Shown piece after piece: positions 1-9,742 of a DNA stretch of 58,226 nucleotides. Positions within the stretch are counted from its first letter, which is position 1, and every line of letters begins with the position of its first letter. Where the stretch lies: NCBI GenBank assembly GCA_937900075.1, contig CALCCZ010000102.1:1-58226 (forward strand). Reading direction: 5' to 3'. A program made the position numbers and the translations under genes. Below the pieces are notes generated by a model. It had not been told where the DNA came from, did not search any database, and saw only the letters and a program-made list of their open reading frames with translations. Source of the stretch: an uncultured Lentisphaeria bacterium. Its GTDB lineage: Bacteria; Verrucomicrobiota; Lentisphaeria; Victivallales; UBA1829.

Positions 1-1
1 G

Positions 2-1237
2 AAAACCCTTCCCCAGTGGAACGGGAAAGATCTGATTGCACAGGGCGGCAGTCAGGGCGGACTTCAAACTTCGTGGGCAGGTTCGCAGGTGAAAGGACTG
101 ACGGAATGTAACCCCAGCGTCACATGGTGTTCCGATATCGCCGGAACTTCCATCGGGCGGCTCGGCGGATGGCGTCCCGATTACGCACCCGGCCTGGGAT
201 ACTATGATACGGTTTTCCATGCCCGGCGCATTCCTGCAACATGCAAACTCAACATTACCCGTGCGGGTCTCGGCGACTACGTCTGTCCTCCTTCCGGACT
301 GGCGGCTCAATTCAACTCCGCCAATTGCCCGAAAAGAATCCGGTGGATGCAGAACTCATCGCACATGACCATTCCTCCTGACCCGGAAACGTTTATTGTG
401 GAACTCCCTGCCGGAAAAGCCATTACCGGTATCGCACCCAAGCCCGTCGTCGCTCAATTTCCCAAGGTTGCATTCGTCAATGCAGTATTCGGCGACTGGG
501 AAATGGAAGTCAACGACAAAACCATCAAACTCGGAAAATTCAACGGTCCCAAACAAATCCGGAAGAAAATGGCGGACGGAGGAAAAGACCTCCCCGTCAT
601 GACCGAAGCGGAACTCAAAGCCGAACTGACCGCTGAAGCGGACGGTTTCGTGCTGATTGGGGCCGGCGTAGATTGGTGGTGGGAATGTTTCGTGGAACAA
701 ACCACATTTTTCGGCGGTGACAAATCTGTCCCGGTCTTTGGTCGCGTTCCCTCAATCGGCGGCGGAAACGGCAAAGCCACATTCAAAAAGACAGATTGGA
801 TTTTCCGGGTCCCTGTCAAACAGGGCAAAAATAAAATCAAATTCAAAATCGTTCTGGGTGAACAGGGATTTGCGGAAATCGGTACCATCGCCCCAAATCA
901 GGCGGATAAGGAAATCAGCATCCCCGATTTCGAAAACTACGTCTTCTACCGCGACGGATTCCCGGAACCGGATTCAGACTTCGAGGCGAAAAAATGTCTC
1001 TTCTCCTCCACATGGTGCTTCGATACCGCCCAGGCTTATCCTGCCGGAATTGAATATCGTTTCAAAGGCGATAAAAAATGGCAATCCGTCTGGGATGATT
1101 CCTTTTCCACTTCCCATAAAGTCGTTCTGCCCATGGAAACATTCAAAGGCAAAGAAGTGGAAATGCGTATCGCACAGCAGGTGTTTTACAGCGGCTGGCG
1201 CGTAATGTATTCCGAGGTGAAAACTCAGAAATTCTGA
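2..1237 (+). CDS. 3' portion of a gene entering from upstream of the window: CE7/AXE1-like acetyl esterase catalytic end, followed by a ~270 aa C-terminal domain of unknown function
   Basis: The frame is open from base 2, with no stop before the GTG at 89 used by the ORF track, so the 382 aa track ORF is truncated by the window edge. GGSQGG nucleophile elbow, then YYDTVFHARRI...GLGDYVCPPSG...NSSHM, resembles the acetylxylan esterase / cephalosporin-C deacetylase Ser-Asp-His layout. A hairpin terminator follows the stop. Confidence 0.5.
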   Translation, partial: KTLPQWNGKDLIAQGGSQGGLQTSWAGSQVKGLTECNPSVTWCSDIAGTSIGRLGGWRPDYAPGLGYYDTVFHARRIPATCKLNITRAGLGDYVCPPSGLAAQFNSANCPKRIRWMQNSSHMTIPPDPETFIVELPAGKAITGIAPKPVVAQFPKVAFVNAVFGDWEMEVNDKTIKLGKFNGPKQIRKKMADGGKDLPVMTEAELKAELTAEADGFVLIGAGVDWWWECFVEQTTFFGGDKSVPVFGRVPSIGGGNGKATFKKTDWIFRVPVKQGKNKIKFKIVLGEQGFAEIGTIAPNQADKEISIPDFENYVFYRDGFPEPDSDFEAKKCLFSSTWCFDTAQAYPAGIEYRFKGDKKWQSVWDDSFSTSHKVVLPMETFKGKEVEMRIAQQVFYSGWRVMYSEVKTQKF

Positions 1238-1273
1238 TTCCGGAACAAATCCGTAATCACCCTAAAAAAATTT

Positions 1274-1313
1274 GCGGACGGGAAGAAAATCCATTCTTTC
1301 CGTCCGTTTTTTT
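1274..1313. terminator. Bidirectional intrinsic terminator between convergent genes
   Basis: GCGGACGGGAAGAA / TTCTTTCCGTCCG stem (one mismatch), followed by T7 on the + strand and preceded by A7 (a T-run for the - strand waaA). Confidence 0.7.
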
Positions 1314-1375
1314 ATGCCTGCGCTTTGCACCGATGCACACATTTGCACCAATGCACCCCGTCTCCGGGAACAACA

Positions 1376-2650
1376 TCAGGAAAACAGTTTTTCCAGATAT
1401 TCAATGTTCCGTGCCAATGCACCGCAATTCTTGCTCAGCGCCATACGCGCCTTTTCGCCCAACTCCGCGCGTGCCGCCGCATTCCCGGCGAGTTCCGCCA
1501 AAGCCGCCTCAAGCTGGGTGTCATTTTCAAGGCGTTTGACGGCTTCTGCAGCAGTAAGCACGGACATTGCCTGACGGAAGTTCCGCAGTTCCGGGCCGCA
1601 GATAATGGCTTTCCCCATCAGGGCGGGTTCGATGATATTCTGTCCCTCGTTATTACCTGCCATCGTCTTGCCCATCAAAACGATATCGGCTCCTTTAATG
1701 AAACCGGGCAGTTCACCGGTCGTATCGGCAAGCAGAACATCGGGATGTTCCGTACCGCTTTTGCTGCTGCGACGGAAACAGGTGAATCCTGCCGCGAGGA
1801 TCTGTTTTTCAATATCTCCGCCACGTTCCGCATGACGCGGTACAATGACGAGTGAGGTTTCAGGATATTTTTCATGAACGAATTTGTAGGCTGCCAGATG
1901 AAGTGCTTCTTCCGGTGCGTGAGTAGAACAGGAAAGAACTACTGTACTTTTCCGTCCGAAAAAACCGGCGTAATCAAAACCATTACCCTCGGGCACTTTC
2001 TGGTCGAACTTGATGTTCCCGCAGACAATGGCAGAATCTTTGAGTTCCGGGGCAATGGCGGTCAGACGATCCAAATCCGTCTGGGTCTGCGCACAAATGC
2101 GGTCAAATGCCTTCAGAACGGGCGCAAAGAAGATACGGAAACGCCGATATCCGCCAAAGGACTTGTCAGAAATCCGCGAATTGACCAATGCCAGCGGAAT
2201 TCCGCGTTTTTTTGCCGTCAGCAGCAGATTCGGCCACAATTCCGTTTCCAGTATGACAATTCCGGAGGGTTTCAGCAGATTCAGAACTCTGCCGGGCGCA
2301 CCTAGTCCGTCAATGGGACAGAAAATGACTTTTACATTCTGAGGAGCCTTGTTACGGGCAATTTCCTGTCCGGTTGTCGTGGTTGTGCTGAGAATGAATT
2401 TCCGGTTGGGATTCTGTTTGTTCCAGGCATTCAGCAAGGTAAGTGCAACATTGGTTTCACCGACGCTGACCGCATGAATCCAGATAGCGCCCTGCCAGTC
2501 CGCCAGTTCCTGTTTCCGTTCTGCGGAAAAGAGACCGAATCGTTCCATATAGGTTTTCTTCCAGCCGCTGCGCCGGATCAGTTTCCATATCAGACCGGGA
2601 AGAAAGAAAAGAAATATGACCGGAAAGAAAATTCTGTAAAGAGCAAGCAT
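1376..2650 (-). CDS. waaA: 3-deoxy-D-manno-octulosonic acid (Kdo) transferase
   Basis: IWIHAVSVGE motif, N-terminal membrane anchor, GT30-like length. Start moved to the ATG at 2650 (MLALYRIFF...), preceded by GGAGAA; the track ORF extends to 2725. Confidence 0.9.
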   Translation of the reverse strand: MLALYRIFFPVIFLFFLPGLIWKLIRRSGWKKTYMERFGLFSAERKQELADWQGAIWIHAVSVGETNVALTLLNAWNKQNPNRKFILSTTTTTGQEIARNKAPQNVKVIFCPIDGLGAPGRVLNLLKPSGIVILETELWPNLLLTAKKRGIPLALVNSRISDKSFGGYRRFRIFFAPVLKAFDRICAQTQTDLDRLTAIAPELKDSAIVCGNIKFDQKVPEGNGFDYAGFFGRKSTVVLSCSTHAPEEALHLAAYKFVHEKYPETSLVIVPRHAERGGDIEKQILAAGFTCFRRSSKSGTEHPDVLLADTTGELPGFIKGADIVLMGKTMAGNNEGQNIIEPALMGKAIICGPELRNFRQAMSVLTAAEAVKRLENDTQLEAALAELAGNAAARAELGEKARMALSKNCGALARNIEYLEKLFS

Positions 2651-2760
2651 TTTGTATTCTCCATGAAAATTGTTAGTTGTTCTTGGAACTCCTGACAATA
2701 TACCCCTGAAATCCCGAATTTTCAAGTTACAATCGCCAGCCCCGGTAACCGGTCGGCGAA

Positions 2761-2993
2761 TTTTTTCTCAGATATCCCGCTTTTTTTCAAAATTTTTATC
2801 CCGTTGCTGAATTCCCTGCCCCTATCCCCTATTCCCTAACCAGTTCCGCAGTTCCCCAGTCTGGATAAAAATAGGTCCTATAGGTCCTATAGGTCTTATT
2901 TTTCTATCACGTTTCGCGCAATCACGAATACGCCCCGGCACTTCCCACCCCTACTATCCCCTATGAAAGTTCAATTTTTCGTGTGCCGGCATT
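2761..2993 (+). repeat. Composite intergenic repeat, copy A
   Basis: Modules in order: TTTTTTCTCAGATATC (2761); CCTATCCCCTATTCCC (2821); ATAGGTCCT x3 + TATTTTTC (2871-2904); GCGCAATCACGAATA (2915-2930); CTACTATCCCCTAT (2951); GTGCCGGCATT (2983). It lies in the divergent waaA / SGNH-esterase promoter region. Confidence 0.6.
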
Positions 2994-3126
2994 GGAAAAA
3001 AAGCCTTCCGTATGCTAAAGTACAATATCAATGCACGGCTGTTCTTCCTTTCTTACGGTTGAACACAACTGCGGATACTGTCTCGTTTTCAGAACAATCA
3101 ATTTATCTGACCGGAGGTTGAATATC

Positions 3127-3738
3127 ATGAGTACGCAACGGGAATACAATGAATGGATCGTCATGCGCTGGATGGCGGAAGATAAAGATTACGGTCTGCC
3201 GCGGGTTCTTCTGATCGGGGACTCCATTGTCGGCGGACATGGCATGAAACTGCATGATGCTCTTTGTGATGACTTCATCGTGGATTATTTTGCCAGCAGC
3301 AAAATTGTCAGTGACGTGGATTACTGGACGGATCTGGAATACATGCTCCACAAAAAGAAATATGTCTTGATTCTTTTCAACAACGGCCTTCACGGTGCAA
3401 CGGTCAGCGATGATGAATATGCCGCCGCTTTGAAGTCTGCTGTTGTGAAACTCAAAACGTATGCGCCCGTCCTTGTCTGGCGGAACAGCACACCTTGCTA
3501 TACGCTGGACCCGGAACACCCGAACACATTTGCCCCGCGTGTCCCGGTCCGCAACACCATTGCGGAAAAAATCATGCAGGATGCGGGAGTCCCCATTCTG
3601 GACGCTTATTCCCTGCTGAAGAACCGTCCCGAATTAAGTGTTGACGGCTGGCATTTCACACCGGAAGGATATCAGATCCTGATCGATGCCGAAAAAGAAC
3701 TCATTGGAAAAATGCTGAAAGGAGCCTGCGGAAAATGA
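3127..3738 (+). CDS. SGNH/GDSL-family hydrolase (esterase)
   Basis: Block I LLIGDSIVGG, block III FNNGLHG, block V DGWHFTPEGY. ATG at 3127 preceded by GGAGG; the track ORF begins at 3031. Confidence 0.75.
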   Translation: MSTQREYNEWIVMRWMAEDKDYGLPRVLLIGDSIVGGHGMKLHDALCDDFIVDYFASSKIVSDVDYWTDLEYMLHKKKYVLILFNNGLHGATVSDDEYAAALKSAVVKLKTYAPVLVWRNSTPCYTLDPEHPNTFAPRVPVRNTIAEKIMQDAGVPILDAYSLLKNRPELSVDGWHFTPEGYQILIDAEKELIGKMLKGACGK

Positions 3739-5705
3739 ACCCCGTTATTCTTCAGAATTTCCCGTTCCGCCAGGTGCATCTGGATTTTCATACGGCTGGC
3801 GACATTCCGGACGTCGGCGCCGGGTTCGACCCGGAAGCTTTCAAGAAAATCCTGACGGATGCCGCCGTGGATTCCATTACGCTTTTTTCTGTTTGTCATC
3901 ATGGATATTCCTATCATCCGACGAACGTGGGAAAAATGCACCCCAGTTTGAAATTCGACCTGCTGGGTGCCCAGATCCGGGCGGCAAAAGAAGCGGGCAT
4001 ACGCACACAGATTTATATTTCCGCAGGCGGGAATGAACGTCTTGCCGTAGAACATCCCGAATGGCGTGAATGCAATCCGCCCGGTGTCTGGCACTGGAGC
4101 AGTCCTTCGCCGCTGGATCCCGGTTTCAATAAACTCTGTTTCAATACGGCATACATGGATCATCTCTGCGCCCTGACAGAAGAAGCCGTCACGCGTTATC
4201 CGGATGCCGAGGGCGTATTTTTCGATATCATTCTGCAGAATCAGTGCTGTTGTCCGAAATGTATCCGCGATATGTATGCGCGCGGTCTGGACCCGCATAA
4301 GGAAGCGGACCGCATCCTTTTCTCCCGCGAGGTCCTTCACGGGTATTACCGACGGATTACGGAACTCGTCCGGCGTGTCCGGCCCGATATGGCAATCAAC
4401 CACAATGCCGGAAATCCCGTCCTGCGGGATCCGGAAGTCGTTTCCTGTCATTCCCATCTGGAACTGGAATCTCTGCCGACCGGGGGATGGGGATACGACC
4501 ATTTCCCGCTTTCGGCGGGCGCAGCACGCCGTTCCGGACTTCCCTTCGCGGGCATGACGGGAAAATTCCATGCCAGCTGGGGTGAGTTCGGCGGCATCAA
4601 ACATCCGAATGCACTCCGTTATGAATGTGCCGCGATGCTTGCCGCGGGAGCAAGATGCAATATCGGGGATCAGCTTCATCCGTGCGGTATGCCCGATGCC
4701 ACTACTTACCGTGTAATCGGGGAAGCCTTCCGCGAGGTCCGGACAAAGGAAATGTATTGTGTCAATGCCGTCAACCGGGTGGAAATCGCTCTCATTTCTG
4801 CGGAAGCCTGTCATCTCAACAGTGATTCCGATATCGGATTGTCCCGTATCCTGCTGGAAAGTCATTTTCTTTTTGATGTCATACGCCCCGATATGGATTT
4901 TTCCCCGTACAAACTCCTGATTTTCCCGGAAGGGTTTGTGGTGGAACCGGATGTAAAATCGCGTCTGGAAACCTTTTTCGCATCCGGGGGGAAAGCTCTT
5001 TTCTGCGGAGAATGTATCACCGGACTGCCTTTTGACATCCCGGCGGAAATCGGCGCGGTAAGTCCGTATTTCCCGACGTATGTTCTCCCGGCGCCCGAAG
5101 TATGCCCCGATTTTGTTTCCACGCCATTTGTCGTGTACGGCTCCAATGTCCGACTCGTTCCCGCTGAAGGCTGCCTGTCCCTCGGAGACATATATGAGCC
5201 TTTCTACAACCGCACACTGGAACATTTCTGCAGCCACGCGCAAACGCCGAACCGGCTCACTCCCTCCGGCAGCTCCTTGGGAATGGTTGCCGGCTCCCTT
5301 GCTTTGCTGGCGCATCCTCTTTTTTCCATTTACCGTCAGAACGGGTCCGTTGTCCTCCGGCAATTCCTTGAAAAAACAATCGCACTTCTGCTGGACGGGA
5401 AACGGATTGTTTCCTCAAATCTCCCGTCTGTCGCCCGCTGTACGGTCACAACGGATCCGCAGGCACACCGAGATATCGTGCATCTGCTTTATGCGCCCAT
5501 GGTGAAACGCGGTGGGAATACGGAAATCATCGAGGACCTGATTCCGCTGTCGGATATCCGCCTGGCCGTCAGGACGGAACATCCTGTAAAGTCCGTCCGG
5601 ATTGTCCCGGACGGGGAAACGCTGGATTTTTCTGTCGAAAACGGCTGTTGCCGCTTCACAGTAAACCATTTTACCTGTCATGCCATGATTGCCCTTGAGT
5701 GGTGA
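3735..5705 (+). CDS. GHL6-like putative glycoside hydrolase (TIM barrel plus GH42-type trimerisation-like C-terminus)
   Basis: N-terminal FRQVHLDFHT...DSITLFSVCHHGYSYHPT matches my recollection of the 'hypothetical glycosyl hydrolase 6' family. ATGA overlap with the upstream gene. Confidence 0.55.
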   Translation: MNPVILQNFPFRQVHLDFHTAGDIPDVGAGFDPEAFKKILTDAAVDSITLFSVCHHGYSYHPTNVGKMHPSLKFDLLGAQIRAAKEAGIRTQIYISAGGNERLAVEHPEWRECNPPGVWHWSSPSPLDPGFNKLCFNTAYMDHLCALTEEAVTRYPDAEGVFFDIILQNQCCCPKCIRDMYARGLDPHKEADRILFSREVLHGYYRRITELVRRVRPDMAINHNAGNPVLRDPEVVSCHSHLELESLPTGGWGYDHFPLSAGAARRSGLPFAGMTGKFHASWGEFGGIKHPNALRYECAAMLAAGARCNIGDQLHPCGMPDATTYRVIGEAFREVRTKEMYCVNAVNRVEIALISAEACHLNSDSDIGLSRILLESHFLFDVIRPDMDFSPYKLLIFPEGFVVEPDVKSRLETFFASGGKALFCGECITGLPFDIPAEIGAVSPYFPTYVLPAPEVCPDFVSTPFVVYGSNVRLVPAEGCLSLGDIYEPFYNRTLEHFCSHAQTPNRLTPSGSSLGMVAGSLALLAHPLFSIYRQNGSVVLRQFLEKTIALLLDGKRIVSSNLPSVARCTVTTDPQAHRDIVHLLYAPMVKRGGNTEIIEDLIPLSDIRLAVRTEHPVKSVRIVPDGETLDFSVENGCCRFTVNHFTCHAMIALEW

Positions 5706-5725
5706 ACGGAAAGGAGTATCCGAAC

Positions 5726-7474
5726 ATGTCCGCCTATCCGCTTTATCCCGCAAGAATCTGCCGTGACCTTGCCGGATTCTGGGATTTTCAGTTCGTCTCA
5801 CAGAATGAAACGACTGTCCCGACCCTGGAACCGGTTTCTGCAAATTTGACCTATCCGGAAAAACAAACCGTTCCCGGCTGCTTTGATGCTGCCGGAACCC
5901 ATGCGGGTGCCCGCGGCACGGGTGTTTACCGGAGGCGGGTGGACATAACCCGTTCCGGGCGCGTCCGGCTGGAAATCGGAGGTCTGATGCTGGCGGGAAG
6001 GATTTTCTGGGACGGCTCCGAAATCGGCTCCGATCTGCTTCCTTATTCCGGTACCGCATACGAATGGGAAACGATTGCGGGTACTCATGAACTCGTCATT
6101 ACCGTTGAAAACCGTGTCAATACCCCTTTCAATCCGCTGTTTCAGGCAAATTATGCCTTCCGTACCTACGCCGGTATCCTCCGTTCCATCCGCCTGATGG
6201 AACTGCCCGATCTCCGCTTCGGACGCGCTGCGGTCACGACTCTGGACCTGGCATCGGGACACGTCCGGCTGGATATCAACTTCCCGAACACTGCCGAAAA
6301 CACGCGCCTGGCCGTAAATGTCTGCTTCGATGATTCGGAACCCGTCACGCGGGAAGTCTGTGTCCGGAACAACACCGCATCTGCTGATTTCTATGTGCCG
6401 AACCCGCAACCATGGAGTCCGGAACACCCCGTTCTCCATACCGTCCGCCTCGCTCTGCCTGACGGCGGGGATATTCTTGTGGAACGTTTCGGTTTGCGGA
6501 CAATCGAGGCGAAAAATGCCAAATTGTATCTGAACGGACAGGAACTCTTTCTGCGCGGTGTGAACCGGCATGACGCTCATCCCGAGTTCGGAAATGCCGT
6601 CCCGCCCGCCATTCTGTTAGAGGACCTTCAGATCCTCCGTTCCATGCACTGCAATTTCGTCCGCGGTTGTCACTATCCGCAAAGTCAGCTCTTTCTTGAT
6701 CTCTGCGATGAAATGGGATTCCTCGTCTGGGAAGAATCCATCGGTTGGGGCAACTCCAAAAACGACCTCACGTATGATGTCTTCCGCAAACGGCAAATCG
6801 AACAGACTGCTCTCATGGTGCGGAACAGCCGGAATCATCCCTCTGTCATCCTCTGGGGGTTCCTCAATGAAGTGGACTCCACAATCCCGGAAGCGCGTTC
6901 GCTGATCACGGAACTTGTCGGAACCGTCAAAAATATCGACTCTTCACGGCTTGTATCGTTCGCCTCCAATCATGTCGGACGCGGTGATATCTGCCTGGAT
7001 CTTGCCGATGTCATTGCCTGCAATACCTATCCCGGCTGGTACGAAACCTATCTCTATGAGGAAAACTGCACCGCTCACGTCAAAAAAAGATTCGATGCGA
7101 TTATCAACGCCGTTTCCACCCCCGAACTCAAGGACAAACCGCTTATCATCAGCGAACTCGGTGCAGCCGCAATCTACGGATACCATGACCGGGCTCGCAT
7201 CCCCTGGAGCGAAGAATTTCAGGCGGATCTGCTCGCCGAAACCTGCACACAGCTGAAATCCCATCCCAGAATCCGCGGAATCGCATTCTGGCAATTCGCC
7301 GATACCTGTTCTCTGGTTCAGGGCGGCTCCAGTCAGGCTCGCGGATTCAACAACAAGGGTCTTGTAAACGAATACCGACAGGAAAAACTGGCTGCGGATA
7401 CCGTCAGACGCGCTTTTGCCGATTTGGAACAGAACAATTCAGAAACCTCTATACTTACGGATTGTGAATCATGA
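5726..7474 (+). CDS. Glycoside hydrolase family 2 (beta-glucuronidase/beta-galactosidase-like)
   Basis: LRGVNRHDAHPEFG, FVRGCHYPQSQ, NHPSVILWGFLNE (acid/base region), LIISELG (nucleophile region). ATG at 5726 preceded by AAGGAG. Confidence 0.85.
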   Translation: MSAYPLYPARICRDLAGFWDFQFVSQNETTVPTLEPVSANLTYPEKQTVPGCFDAAGTHAGARGTGVYRRRVDITRSGRVRLEIGGLMLAGRIFWDGSEIGSDLLPYSGTAYEWETIAGTHELVITVENRVNTPFNPLFQANYAFRTYAGILRSIRLMELPDLRFGRAAVTTLDLASGHVRLDINFPNTAENTRLAVNVCFDDSEPVTREVCVRNNTASADFYVPNPQPWSPEHPVLHTVRLALPDGGDILVERFGLRTIEAKNAKLYLNGQELFLRGVNRHDAHPEFGNAVPPAILLEDLQILRSMHCNFVRGCHYPQSQLFLDLCDEMGFLVWEESIGWGNSKNDLTYDVFRKRQIEQTALMVRNSRNHPSVILWGFLNEVDSTIPEARSLITELVGTVKNIDSSRLVSFASNHVGRGDICLDLADVIACNTYPGWYETYLYEENCTAHVKKRFDAIINAVSTPELKDKPLIISELGAAAIYGYHDRARIPWSEEFQADLLAETCTQLKSHPRIRGIAFWQFADTCSLVQGGSSQARGFNNKGLVNEYRQEKLAADTVRRAFADLEQNNSETSILTDCES

Positions 7475-8523
7475 CAAAAATCTCTCTCTTCTCCCCATAT
7501 CAAGGAAAAAAAATCTCGCTCCTCACCGATGAACAAAAACATTTCGCTCAATCCGGATATACAGAACTCAAAACCGAACGTTTCGACTGGCTGAATCTCG
7601 TCCGCAACGACCAGCGCGATTTCTCTCTGCCGAAAGAAATCCGCTTCATGTGGCGCGTAACCGAAGGCGAACTCATTTCCGCAACTCTCGAATGCGCTGA
7701 AGATCCCGATTTCACTTCCGGCTTACTCTGTTTCCGCGCCGACTTGTCACGACGCATTGCCCGCGCTCACAGCCTGAAAACCGGAACCCGGTATTTCTGG
7801 CGCGTCCGCGGAACCGACCGGAACCGAACGCGGATCATTTCGGAGACCCGTTCGTTCACTACGGAGCCGGAAGCGCCCCGCTGGATCCTGGCGGACGGTG
7901 TCTCCAATGTGCGTGATTGCGGCGCCTGGGTCACGAAAAAAGGACAACCGCTCCGGCAGGGACTCCTGATACGCGGCGGCGAAATGAACAGCCACATGAC
8001 AATCAAGCCGGACGCTGCCCGTTTCCTCGAACACCAGCTCGGCGTGAAAGCCGTCCTGGATATCCGCGGCAGAGAGGAACTCGCCCGTCTCCCAAGCGGG
8101 GGTCCCGCGCTCTCCCCGTCCGTCAAGTGGTTCAATATCCCGCTCCGCCCGTATACGGAAATCTTCACGGAAGAACAGACTGCCATGTATGCCCGCGCTT
8201 TCCGGCTCCTTCTGGACACGAAAAATCTCCCGATGTACGTCCATTGCTGGGGCGGTGCCGACCGGACCGGTACGTTCGTACTGCTTGTCAATGCCGTACT
8301 CGGTCTGGATGATGAATCTCTGATTCTGGATTACGAACTCACTTCTCTGGCTATCTGGCGCGACCGTTCACGTTTCTCACCACAGTTCTCCGGCCTGCTG
8401 GCGGGTCTTGAGTCTTATGCTCCCGGGAAATCTCTGGAGGAAAAGGCCTGTGCGTATTTCAAAAGCGGCGGCATCACGGATCAGGAAATCAGGAAACTCA
8501 AGCAAATCTTCATCCGGAAGTGA
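7471..8523 (+). CDS. Protein-tyrosine-phosphatase-like protein (CX5R) with an N-terminal beta-sandwich-like extension
   Basis: P-loop VHCWGGADRTG (C-X5-R-T). ATGA start/stop overlap with the GH2 gene. Confidence 0.7.
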   Translation: MTKISLFSPYQGKKISLLTDEQKHFAQSGYTELKTERFDWLNLVRNDQRDFSLPKEIRFMWRVTEGELISATLECAEDPDFTSGLLCFRADLSRRIARAHSLKTGTRYFWRVRGTDRNRTRIISETRSFTTEPEAPRWILADGVSNVRDCGAWVTKKGQPLRQGLLIRGGEMNSHMTIKPDAARFLEHQLGVKAVLDIRGREELARLPSGGPALSPSVKWFNIPLRPYTEIFTEEQTAMYARAFRLLLDTKNLPMYVHCWGGADRTGTFVLLVNAVLGLDDESLILDYELTSLAIWRDRSRFSPQFSGLLAGLESYAPGKSLEEKACAYFKSGGITDQEIRKLKQIFIRK

Positions 8524-8538
8524 TTCTCTGACCACTTA

Positions 8539-8566
8539 ACTTCATACGGCGTCAGCCGTATGAAGT
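8539..8566 (+). terminator. Perfect 12-bp hairpin after the phosphatase gene (putative terminator, no clear T-run)
   Basis: ACTTCATACGGC gtca GCCGTATGAAGT; outer partial pairing ACCACTT/TAGTGGT extends it to 8531-8580. Confidence 0.4.
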
Positions 8567-8595
8567 CAGTGATTAGTGGTTTATTCAAAAAACCG

Positions 8596-8705
8596 TCCCG
8601 CACAATCCCGAATACGTTTCTTCACATCTTCACATCTTCACATCTTCACTCCTTCACATCTTCACTCCTATCCCCCCTACTATCCACTATTCACTATTCA
8701 CTAAC
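8596..8705 (+). repeat. Composite intergenic repeat, copy B
   Basis: CCCGCACAATCCCGAATA (Q-module variant), six tandem 8-mers CTTCACWY (8619-8666), then TATCCCCCCTACTATCCACTATTCACTATTCACTAAC. Confidence 0.6.
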
Positions 8706-8747
8706 TAAAATAGAGCGGAATAGACATGGCTTTTCTCTTTCATACAG

Positions 8748-8775
8748 TTGTATTTTCCCGTAAAAGCGGTATATT
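8748..8775 (+). promoter_or_regulatory. Candidate sigma70-type promoter of the ORF6N gene
   Basis: TTGTAT - 16 nt - TATATT, about 30 nt upstream of the ATG. The same hexamer pair and spacing occur upstream of tRNA-Ser. Confidence 0.35.
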
Positions 8776-8804
8776 ACAAACGAGAACAAATAAGGAGTAC
8801 TCGT

Positions 8805-9722
8805 ATGTCTGAAAACTTTGAACTTCTATCTTCTGCTTCTGTGCAAACATTAAAACGCTTGATCTACACCATTCGAGGTGTTCAGGTAATGTTGGATAGT
8901 GATTTGGCAGCGCTGTATAAAGTTGAAACAAAAGCTTTCAATCAAGCAGTAAAACGAAATATGAATCGTTTTCCGGAATCTTTTCGTTTTCAGCTTACAG
9001 TTGAGGAGTATCAAAACTTGAGGTCACAATTTGTTACCTCAAGAGGAGAAACGGAAGAAAGCGGTCAGCATGGTGGACGCAGATACCTGCCGTATGTATT
9101 TACAGAACAGGGCGTTGCAATGCTTTCAAGTATTCTGCACAGTGAATTTGCTATTCAAACCAGCATAAAAATAATGAATGCTTTTGTGGAAATGCGTCAT
9201 GTTATTGCTTCAACATCCACATTATTCTCCCGGCTTGAAACTTTGGAACGGCGGCAAATAGCGGATCAGTACGAAAATGATAGAAAATTTGATTTGATTT
9301 TTGATGCCTTGGATCGCCAACCGGAACCAGCTCAAGGCGTATTTTTTGACGGGCAGTTTTGGGATGCTCATATATTGATGACCAATCTGATCCGGAAAGC
9401 CAGTCATTCCATTCTGTTGATCGACAATTATGTGGATGTTACCACGCTTGATATGCTTTCCAGGAAACAGCCGAATGTAAGTGTAAAAATAGTTACTTCG
9501 CCCAGAGGAAATATGCTTACGGCTATTGATATTAAAAAATTCAATGCCCAGTATCCTGCTGTTACAACAAAGATAAATACAGCTTTTCATGATCGTTTCC
9601 TGATTCTTGACGACAAAGAATTGTACTTGATAGGAGCTTCTCTTAAAGACTTGGGCAAAAAGTGTTTCGGCTTTACTCAAATGGATGCAGGTTTGATTCC
9701 TGAAATACTGAAAAAAATTTAA
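8805..9722 (+). CDS. ORF6N (KilA-N-like) domain protein with a C-terminal PLD-like variant motif
   Basis: IYTIRGVQVMLDSDLAALY...FNQAVKRNMNRFPESFRFQL...GGRRYLPYVFTEQGVAMLSSIL is a typical ORF6N domain. The C-terminus carries HDRFLILD-x7-GAS. ATG at 8805 preceded by AAGGAG. The gene is AT-richer than its flanks. Confidence 0.8.
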   Translation: MSENFELLSSASVQTLKRLIYTIRGVQVMLDSDLAALYKVETKAFNQAVKRNMNRFPESFRFQLTVEEYQNLRSQFVTSRGETEESGQHGGRRYLPYVFTEQGVAMLSSILHSEFAIQTSIKIMNAFVEMRHVIASTSTLFSRLETLERRQIADQYENDRKFDLIFDALDRQPEPAQGVFFDGQFWDAHILMTNLIRKASHSILLIDNYVDVTTLDMLSRKQPNVSVKIVTSPRGNMLTAIDIKKFNAQYPAVTTKINTAFHDRFLILDDKELYLIGASLKDLGKKCFGFTQMDAGLIPEILKKI

Positions 9723-9742
9723 TTCTTTTGCTTTTTCAAAAT

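Noticed and set aside
1272-1855. Small + strand ORFs overlapping the 3' half of waaA (100, 176 and 68 aa)
   Set aside because: They are antisense to waaA, have no RBS or motifs, and one starts inside the terminator hairpin.
3672-5363. Very long antisense ORFs opposite real genes (e.g. 3672-5363 -, 12943-13935 +, 30980-31903 +, 33028-34011 +, 15247-15993 +, 42588-43436 +, 23117-23821 +)
   Set aside because: Each lies entirely opposite a gene with strong family motifs. Their translations are low-complexity and Arg/Gly/Pro-rich with no motifs or RBS. They are typical shadow ORFs in moderate-GC DNA.
8619-8668. Possible CRISPR or minisatellite (tandem CTTCACAT 8-mers; also the TATAGGTCC 9-mers at 2871-2904 and 54609-54644)
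   Set aside because: The units are 8-9 bp with no spacers, and no cas genes are present. These are short tandem repeats belonging to the intergenic repeat family.
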